The notes under the pieces were generated by a model. The model was not told the DNA's origin. It did not search any database and saw nothing but the letters and a program-made list of their open reading frames with translations. This document shows positions 54,970 through 64,000 of a stretch of DNA of 64,000 nt, one piece after another. A program made the translations under genes and the position numbers. The stretch's first letter is position 1. Each line of letters begins with the position of its first letter. Source of the DNA: Chrysomallon squamiferum (taxonomy: Eukaryota > Animalia > Mollusca); assembly GCA_012295275.1 (NCBI GenBank), contig CM022670.1, positions 37,820,001 through 37,884,000 of the forward strand, read 5' to 3'.

Positions 54970-55977
54970 ACAATATTTTATTTATTTATTTCGTTTCTGT
55001 TTTCGCTGACTTCATCATATCAGTGTAATATGAAACCTACATAATGACGTACGTTTCACTGACTGACTTTTATTTGTGTCTCTCAAACTTGTGTGTCGGC
55101 TAAAACTAAATTTGAAAATGTTATGAATAACTCTTTCGTTCTGGTTAGAGATTTAATGAAGAATCTCAAAAGTGCATGGGAAATGGGCCACCTCGAGTTT
55201 TCAGTATAACGAAATGGTGCTAGAAGACACCTGAGCACGTCATTTTGACACACAGATTTGCCACGAAAAGAAAAACACAAATTTCTTTTCGAATTTGACC
55301 TCAAAGACGAGCATAAAATAAACGATCAGTATATCTGTACTTTCAAGGTTGAATTCTACATTGGGTTTGCTCTCAAAGACGCTCTGAAAAGATAAAATTG
55401 ATGGGCAGTTTTTCAATATGACTTTACTGGCATCCCCTCAGTAGAATATTTAACATTTCTTCACTTCCTACGACTATTGCTGTTCATCGTTTCTCTTGTC
55501 ATTGTTCGAGTTGACTTTCTCCCATTCACTGTAACAGCTGACGTCGTGTTTATTACAAATGAAAAGTTGTCAGGGTGTGCTATACAGGCATGAATCGAAG
55601 GTCAAAAGGCTTACTAAACGCTGGTAATCTACACACGTACAAAAATATTTCGTTATTTTTATTATTTATTTCCTCTTTGAAAACATTTCATGATGAAAAA
55701 AAAAAATGCTTGCCTTTGATACAGTGACACTGTTATTTTTACTTTCGACCATCAGCAACGCGCAGTGGTCATAATTATTATTTTATCACAGTCCGACTGC
55801 TTATAGTTTTCGATTTATGAATTTATTTCTGAATTGCATATAAAACTGCTTTCGTCGTCCGTCCGTCGAATGATGCAATTATGTATTGAGAAACCGACAT
55901 CTGTAATTCACTGAAATAGAACCTTTACATAGGTTTATACGGTGACCTGTTAAGGGATTTCGATGATGCTTCCATAG

Positions 55978-56053
55978 TCCTCGGTAGTATAGTGGTGGTG
56001 TAGTATCCCCGCCTGTCACGCGGGAGACCGGGGTTCAATTCCCCGCCGGGGAG
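55978..56053 (+). tRNA. tRNA-Asp(GTC), copy 6 with a 4-nt D-loop insertion
   Basis: AGTGGTGGTGTAGTATC versus consensus AGTGGTGAGTATC; real variant or read error. Confidence 0.8.
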
Positions 56054-57065
56054 ACAATATTTTATTTATTTATTTCGTTTCTGTTTTCGCTGACTTCATC
56101 ATATCAGTGTAATATGAAACCTACATAATGACGTACGTTTCACTGACTGACTTTTATTTGTGTCTCTCAAACTTGTGTGTCGGCTAAAACTAAATTTGAA
56201 AATGTTATGAATAACTCTTTCGTTCTGGTTAGAGATTTAATGAAGAATCTCAAAAGTGCATGGGAAATGGGCCACCTCGAGTTTTCAGTATAACGAAATG
56301 GTGCTAGAAGACACCTGAGCACGTCATTTTGACACACAGATTTGCCACGAAAAGAAAAACACAAATTTCTTTTCGAATTTGACCTCAAAGACGAGCATAA
56401 AATAAACGATCAGTATATCTGTACTTTCAAGGTTGAATTCTACATTGGGTTTGCTCTCAAAGACGCTCTGAAAAGATAAAATTGATGGGCAGTTTTTCAA
56501 TATGACTTACTGGCATCCCCTCAGTAGAATATTTAACATTTCTTCACTTCCTACGACTATTGCTGTTCATCGTTTCTCTTGTCATTGTTCGAGTTGACTT
56601 TCTCCCATTCACTGTAACAGCTGACGTCGTGTTTATTACAAATGAAAAGTTGTCAGGGTGTGCTATACAGGCATGAATCGAAGGTCAAAAGGCTTACTAA
56701 ACGCTGGTAATCTACACACGTACAAAAAAATATTTCGTTATTTTTATTATTTATTTCCTCTTTGAAAACATTTCATGATGAAAAAGTAAATGCTTGCCTT
56801 TGATACAGTGACACTGTTATTTTTTTTACTTTCGACCATCAGCAACGCGCAGTGGTCATAATTATTATTTTATCACAGTCCGACTGCTTATAGTTTTCGA
56901 TTTATAAAATTTATTTCTGAATTGCATATAAAACTGCTTTCGTCGTCCGTCCGTCGAATGATGCAATTATGTATTGAGAAACCGACATCTGTAATTCACT
57001 GAAATAGAACCTTTACATAGGTTTATACGGTGACCTGTTAAGGGATTTCGATGATGCTTCCATAG

Positions 57066-57137
57066 TCCTCGGTAGTATAGTGGTGAGTATCCCCGCCTGT
57101 CACGCGGGAGACCGGGGTTCAATTCCCCGCCGGGGAG
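57066..57137 (+). tRNA. tRNA-Asp(GTC), copy 7
   Basis: 72-nt consensus copy. Confidence 0.97.
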
Positions 57138-58144
57138 ACAATATTTTATTTATTTATTTCGTTTCTGTTTTCGCTGACTTCATCATATCAGTGTAATATG
57201 AAACCTACATAATGACGTACGTTTCACTGACTGACTTTTATTTGTGTCTCTCAAACTTGTGTGTCGGCTAAAACTAAATTTGAAAATGTTATGAATAACT
57301 CTTTCGTTCTGGTTAGAGATTTAATGAAGAATCTCAAAAGTGCATGGGAAATGGGCCACCTCGAGTTTTCAGTATAACGAAATGGTGCTAGAAGACACCT
57401 GAGCACGTCATTTTGACACACAGATTTGCCACGAAAAGAAAAACACAAATTTCTTTTCGAATTTGACCTCAAAGACGAGCATAAAATAAACGATCAGTAT
57501 ATCTGTACTTTCAAGGTTGAATTCTACATTGGGTTTGCTCTCAAAGACGCTCTGAAAAGATAAAATTGATGGGCAGTTTTTCAATATGACTTTACTGGCA
57601 TCCCCTCAGTAGAATATTTAACATTTCTTCACTTCCTACGACTATTGCTGTTCATCGTTTCTCTTGTCATTGTTCGAGTTGACTTTCTCCCATTCACTGT
57701 AACAGCTGACGTCGTGTTTATTACAAATGAAAAGTTGTCAGGGTGTGCTATACAGGCATGAATCGAAGGTCAAAAGGCTTACTAAACGCTGGTAATCTAC
57801 ACACGTACAAAAATATTTCGTTATTTTTATTATTTATTTCCTCTTTGAAAACATTTCATGATGAAAAAGTAAATGCTTGCCTTTGATACAGTGACACTGT
57901 TATTTTTACTTTCGACCATCAGCAACGCGCAGTGGTCATAATTATTATTTTATCACAGTCCGACTGCTTATAGTTTTCGATTTATAAATTTATTTCTGAA
58001 TTGCATATAAAACTGCTTTCGTCGTCCGTCCGTCGAATGATGCAATTATGTATTGAGAAACCGACATCTGTAATTCACTGAAATAGAACCTTTACATAGG
58101 TTTATACGGTGACCTGTTAAGGGATTTCGATGATGCTTCCATAG

Positions 58145-58216
58145 TCCTCGGTAGTATAGTGGTGAGTATCCCCGCCTGTCACGCGGGAGACCGGGGTTCA
58201 ATTCCCCGCCGGGGAG
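58145..58216 (+). tRNA. tRNA-Asp(GTC), copy 8
   Basis: 72-nt consensus copy. Confidence 0.97.
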
Positions 58217-59225
58217 ACAATATTTTATTTATTTATTTCGTTTCTGTTTTCGCTGACTTCATCATATCAGTGTAATATGAAACCTACATAATGACGTACG
58301 TTTCACTGACTGACTTTTATTTGTGTCTCTCAAACTTGTGTGTCGGCTAAAACTAAATTTGAAAATGTTATGAATAACTCTTTCGTTCTGGTTAGAGATT
58401 TAATGAAGAATCTCAAAAATGCATGGGAAATGGGCCACCTCGAGTTTTCAGTATAACGAAATGGTGCTAGAAGACACCTGAGCACGTCATTTTGACACAC
58501 AGATTTTTGCCACGAAAAGAAAAACACAAATTTCTTTTCGAATTTGACCTCAAAGACGAGCATAAAATAAACGATCAGTATATCTGTACTTTCAAGGTTG
58601 AATTCTACATTGGGTTTGCTCTCAAAGACGCTCTGAAAAGATAAAATTGATGGGCAGTTTTTCAATATGACTTTACTGGCATCCCCTCAGTAGAATATTT
58701 AACATTTCTTCACTTCCTACGACTATTGCTGTTCATCGTTTCTCTTGTCATTGTTCGAGTTGACTTTCTCCCATTCACTGTAACAGCTGACGTCGTGTTT
58801 ATTACAAATGAAAAGTTGTCAGGGTGTGCTATACAGGCATGAATCGAAGGTCAAAAGGCTTACTAAACGCTGGTAATCTACACACGTACAAAAATATTTC
58901 GTTATTTTTATTATTTATTTCCTCTTTGAAAACATTTCATGATGAAAAAAAAAATGCTTGCCTTTGATACAGTGACACTGTTATTTTTACTTTCGACCAT
59001 CAGCAACGCACAGTGGTCATAATTATTATTTTATCACAGTCCGACTGCTTATAGTTTTCGATTTATAAATTTATTTCTGAATTGCATATAAAACTGCTTT
59101 CGTCGTCCGTCCGTCGAATGATGCAATTATGTATTGAGAAACCGACATCTGTAATTCACTGAAATAGAACCTTTACATAGGTTTATACGGTGACCTGTTA
59201 AGGGATTTCGATGATGCTTCCATAG

Positions 59226-59297
59226 TCCTCGGTAGTATAGTGGTGAGTATCCCCGCCTGTCACGCGGGAGACCGGGGTTCAATTCCCCGCCGGGGAG
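59226..59297 (+). tRNA. tRNA-Asp(GTC), copy 9
   Basis: 72-nt consensus copy. Confidence 0.97.
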
Positions 59298-60306
59298 ACA
59301 ATATTTTATTTATTTATTTCGTTTCTGTTTTCGCTGACTTCATCATATCAGTGTAATATGAAACCTACATAATGACGTACGTTTCACTGACTGACTTTTA
59401 TTTGTGTCTCTCAAACTTGTGTGTCGGCTGAAACTAAATTTGAAAATGTTATGAATAACTCTTTCGTTCTGGTTAGAGATTTAATGAAGAATCTCAAAAA
59501 TGTGCATGGGGAAATGGGCCACCTCGAGTTTTCAGTATAACGAAATGGTGCTAGAAGACACCTGAGCACGTCATTTTGACACACAGATTTGCTACGAAAA
59601 GAAAAACACAAATTTCTTTTCGAATTTGACCTCAAAGACGAGCATAAAATAAACGATCAGTATATCTGTACTTTCAAGGTTGAATTCTACATTGGGTTTG
59701 CTCTCAAAGACGCTCTGAAAAGATAAAATTGATGGGCAGTTTTTCAATATGACTTTACTGGCATCCCCTCAGTAGAATATTTAACATTTCTTCACTTCCT
59801 ACGACTATTGCTGTTCATCGTTTCTCTTGTCATTGTTCGAGTTGACTTTCTCCCATTCACTGTAACAGCTGACGTCGTGTTTATTACAAATGAAAAGTTG
59901 TCAGGGTGTGCTATACAGGCATGAATCGAAGGTCAAAAGGCTTACTAAACGCTGGTAATCTACACACGTACAAAAATATTTCGTTATTTTTATTATTTAT
60001 TTCCTCTTTGAAACATTTCATGATGAAAAAGTAAATGCTTGCCTTTGATACAGTGACACTGTTATTTTTACTTTCGACCATCAGCAACGCACAGTGGTCA
60101 TAATTATTATTTTATCACAGTCCGACTGCTTATAGTTTTCGATTTATAAATTTATTTCTGAATTGCATATAAAACTGCTTTCGTCGTCCGTCCGTCGAAT
60201 GATGCAATTATGTATTGAGAAACCGACATCTGTAATTCACTGAAATAGAACCTTTACATAGGTTTATACGGTGACCTGTTAAGGGATTTCGATGATGCTT
60301 CCATAG

Positions 60307-60378
60307 TCCTCGGTAGTATAGTGGTGAGTATCCCCGCCTGTCACGCGGGAGACCGGGGTTCAATTCCCCGCCGGGGAG
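60307..60378 (+). tRNA. tRNA-Asp(GTC), copy 10
   Basis: 72-nt consensus copy. Confidence 0.97.
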
Positions 60379-61385
60379 ACAATATTTTATTTATTTATTT
60401 CGTTTCTGTTTTCGCTGACTTCATCATATCAGTGTAATATGAAACCTACCTAATGACGTACGTTTCACTGACTGACTTTTATTTGTGTCCCTCAAACTTG
60501 TGTGTCGGCTGAAACTAAATTTGAAAATGTTATGAATAACTCTTTCGTTCTGGTTAGAGATTTAATGAAGAATCTCAAAAATGCATGGGAAATGGGCCAC
60601 CTCGAGTTTTCAGTATAACGAAATGGTGCTAGAAGACACCTGAGCACGTCATTTTGACACACAGATTTGCTACGAAAAGAAAAACACAAATTTCTTTTCG
60701 AATTTGACCTCAAAGACGAGCATAAAATAAACGATCAGTATATCTGTACTTTCAAGGTTGAATTCTACATTGGGTTTGCTCTCAAAGACGCTCTGAAAAG
60801 ATAAAATTGATGGGCAGTTTTTCAATATGACTTTACTGGCATCCCCTCAGTAGAATATTTAACATTTCTTCACTTCCTACGACTATTGCTGTTCATCGTT
60901 TCTCTTGTCATTGTTCGAGTTGACTTTCTCCCATTCACTGTAACAGCTGACGTCGTGTTTATTACGAATGAAAAGTTGTCAGGGTGTGCTATACAGGCAT
61001 GAATTGAAGGTCAAAAGGCTTACTAAACGCTGGTAATCTACACACGTACAAAAATATTTCGTTATTTTTATTATTTATTTCCTCTTTGAAAACATTTCAT
61101 GATGAAAAAGTAAATGCTTGCCTTTGATACAGTGACACTGTTATTTTTACTTTCGACCATCAGCAACGCACAGTGGTCATAATTATTATTTTATCACAGT
61201 CCGACTGCTTATAGTTTTCGATTTATAAATTTATTTCTGAATTGCATATAAAACTGCTTTCGTCGTCCGTCCGTCGAATGATGCAATTATGTATTGAGAA
61301 ACCGACATCTGTAATTCACTGAAATAGAACCTTTACATAGGTTTATACGGTGACCTGTTAAGGGATTTCGATGATGCTTCCATAG

Positions 61386-61456
61386 TCCTCGGTAGTATAG
61401 TGGTGAGTATCCCCGCCTGTCACGCGGGAGACCGGGGTTCAATTCCCGCCGGGGAG
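61386..61456 (+). tRNA. tRNA-Asp(GTC), copy 11 (one C missing in T stem)
   Basis: TTCCCGCC instead of TTCCCCGCC; probably a homopolymer error. Confidence 0.85.
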
Positions 61457-62465
61457 ACAATATTTTATTTATTTATTTCGTTTCTGTTTTCGCTGACTTC
61501 ATCATATCAGTGTAATATGAAAAACCTACCTAATGACGTACGTTTCACTGACTGACTTTTATTTGTGTCCCTCAAACTTGTGTGTCGGCTGAAACTAAAT
61601 TTGAAAATGTTATGAATAACCCTTTCGTTCTGGTTAGAGATTTAATGAAGAATCTCAAAATGCATGGGAAATGGGCCACCTCGAGTTTTCAGTATAACGA
61701 AATGGTGCTAGAAGACACCTGAGCACGTCATTTTGACACACAGATTTGCTACGAAAAGAAAAACACAAATTTCTTTTCGAATTTGACCTCAAAGACGAGC
61801 ATAAAATAAACGATCAGTATATCTGTACTTTCAAGGTTGAATTCTACATTGGGTTTGCTCTCAAAGACGCTCTGAAAAGATAAAATTGATGGGCAGTTTT
61901 TCAATATGACTTTACTGGCATCCCCTCAGTAGAATATTTAACATTTCTTCACTTCCTACGACTATTGCTGTTCATCGTTTCTCTTGTCATTGTTCGAGTT
62001 GACTTTCTCCCATTCACTGTAACAGCTGACGTCGTGTTTATTACGAATGAAAAGTTGTCAGGGTGTGCTATACAGGCATGAATTGAAAGGTCAAAAGGCT
62101 TACTAAACGCTGGTAATCTACACACGTACAAAAATATTTCGTTATTTTTATTATTTATTTCCTCTTTGAAAACATTTCATGATGAAAAAGTAAATGCTTG
62201 CCTTTGATACAGTGACACTGTTATTTTTACTTTCGACCATCAGCAACGCACAGTGGTCATAATTATTATTTTATCACAGTCCGACTGCTTATAGTTTTCG
62301 ATTTATAAATTTATTTCTGAATTGCATATAAAACTGCTTTCGTCGTCCGTCCGTCGAATGATGCAATTATGTATTGAGAAACCGACATCTGTAATTCACT
62401 GAAATAGAACCTTTACATAGGTTTATACGGTGACCTGTTAAGGGATTTCGATGATGCTTCCATAG

Positions 62466-62537
62466 TCCTCGGTAGTATAGTGGTGAGTATCCCCGCCTGT
62501 CACGCGGGAGACCGGGGTTCAATTCCCCGCCGGGGAG
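62466..62537 (+). tRNA. tRNA-Asp(GTC), copy 12
   Basis: 72-nt consensus copy. Confidence 0.97.
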
Positions 62538-63544
62538 ACAATATTTTATTTATTTATTTCGTTTCTGTTTTCGCTGACTTCATCATATCAGTGTAATATG
62601 AAACCTACCTAATGACGTACGTTTCACTGACTGACTTTTATTTGTGTCCCTCAAACTTGTGTGTCGGCTGAAACTAAATTTGAAAATGTTATGAATAACT
62701 CTTTCGTTCTGGTTAGAGATTTAATGAAGAATCTCAAAAATGCATGGGAAATGGGCCACCTCGAGTTTTCAGTATAACGAAATGGTGCTAGAAGACACCT
62801 GAGCACGTCATTTTGACACACAGATTTGCTACGAAAAGAAAAACACAAATTTCTTTTCGAATTTGACCTCAAAGACGAGCATAAAATAAACGATCAGTAT
62901 ATCTGTACTTTCAAGGTTGAATTCTACATTGGGTTTGCTCTCAAAGACGCTCTGAAAAGATAAAATTGATGGGCAGTTTTTCAATATGACTTTACTGGCA
63001 TCCCCTCAGTAGAATATTTAACATTTCTTCACTTCCTACGACTATTGCTGTTCATCGTTTCTCTTGTCATTGTTCGAGTTGACTTTCTCCCATTCACTGT
63101 AACAGCTGACGTCGTGTTTATTACGAATGAAAAGTTGTCAGGGTGTGCTATACAGGCATGAATTGAAGGTCAAAAGGCTTACTAAACGCTGGTAATCTAC
63201 ACACGTACAAAAATATTTCGTTATTTTTATTATTTATTTCCTCTTTGAAAACATTTCATGATGAAAAAGTAAATGCTTGCCTTTGATACAGTGACACTGT
63301 TATTTTTACTTTCGACCATCAGCAACGCACAGTGGTCATAATTATTATTTTATCACAGTCCGACTGCTTATAGTTTTCGATTTATAAATTTATTTCTGAA
63401 TTGCATATAAAACTGCTTTCGTCGTCCGTCCGTCGAATGATGCAATTATGTATTGAGAAACCGACATCTGTAATTCACTGAAATAGAACCTTTACATAGG
63501 TTTATACGGTGACCTGTTAAGGGATTTCGATGATGCTTCCATAG

Positions 63545-63616
63545 TCCTCGGTAGTATAGTGGTGAGTATCCCCGCCTGTCACGCGGGAGACCGGGGTTCA
63601 ATTCCCCGCCGGGGAG
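63545..63616 (+). tRNA. tRNA-Asp(GTC), copy 13
   Basis: 72-nt consensus copy. Confidence 0.97.
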
Positions 63617-64000
63617 ACAATATTTTATTTATTTATTTCGTTTCTGTTTTCGCTGACTTCATCATATCAGTGTAATATGAAACCTACCTAATGACGTACG
63701 TTTCACTGACTGACTTTTATTTGTGTCCCTCAAACTTGTGTGTCGGCTGAAACTAAATTTGAAAATGTTATGAATAACTCTTTCGTTCTGGTTAGAGATT
63801 TAATGAAGAATCTCAAAAATGCATGGGAAATGGGCCACCTCGAGTTTTCAGTATAACGAAATGGTGCTAGAAGACACCTGAGCACGTCATTTTGACACAT
63901 AGATTTGCTACGAAAAGAAAAACACAAATTTCTTTTCGAATTTGACCTCAAAGACGAGCATAAAATAAACGATCAGTATATCTGTACTTTCAAGGTTGAA

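Larger units (their letters stand above)
50091..64000 (+). repeat. Tandem array of ~1080-bp units, each with one tRNA-Asp(GTC); about 13 units, open at the right edge
   Basis: Units recur every 1079-1088 bp with few SNPs and homopolymer indels. Homology begins near 50091. Confidence 0.98.

Noticed and set aside
50574-61456. Single-base indel variants of tRNA-Asp copies 1 and 11 as novel tRNAs
   Set aside because: Both are in C homopolymers, and similar +/-1 indels pepper the spacers, consistent with long-read error.
50760-63951. Repeated 73-aa minus-strand ORF (MRSNSKRNL...) in the array units
   Set aside because: It starts at TTG, has no recognisable domain, and is frameshifted in some units. 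Its recurrence simply reflects the tandem DNA.
31117-64000. CRISPR-like reading of identical repeats with variable spacers
   Set aside because: The repeats are 72-74 nt tRNA cloverleaves in both orientations with spacers of hundreds of bp, in eukaryotic DNA with no cas genes.

Overview
AT-rich, microsatellite-dense animal genomic DNA, probably an invertebrate. A gastropod mollusc is inferred only from degenerate Nin-type SINE remnants. The window holds one complete + strand gene, a five-exon R-spondin (signal peptide, FU1, FU2, TSP1, very basic tail; about 280 aa) with a 25.8 kb first intron. Twelve intact tRNA-Asn(GTT) genes and two interrupted ones lie inside intron 1 and just downstream of the gene. 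They are followed by an intronless ZC3HC1/NIPA pseudogene fragment and a homogeneous ~1.08 kb tandem array with at least 13 tRNA-Asp(GTC) genes that runs off the window. The most striking signal is that both interrupted tRNA-Asn genes are broken by the poly(A) 3' end of the same non-LTR-like element, in the tRNA-sense orientation. One insertion has an apparent ~180 bp target duplication that leaves an intact tRNA upstream, suggesting a tRNA-gene-targeting retrotransposon. All calls were made by eye; no searches were run.
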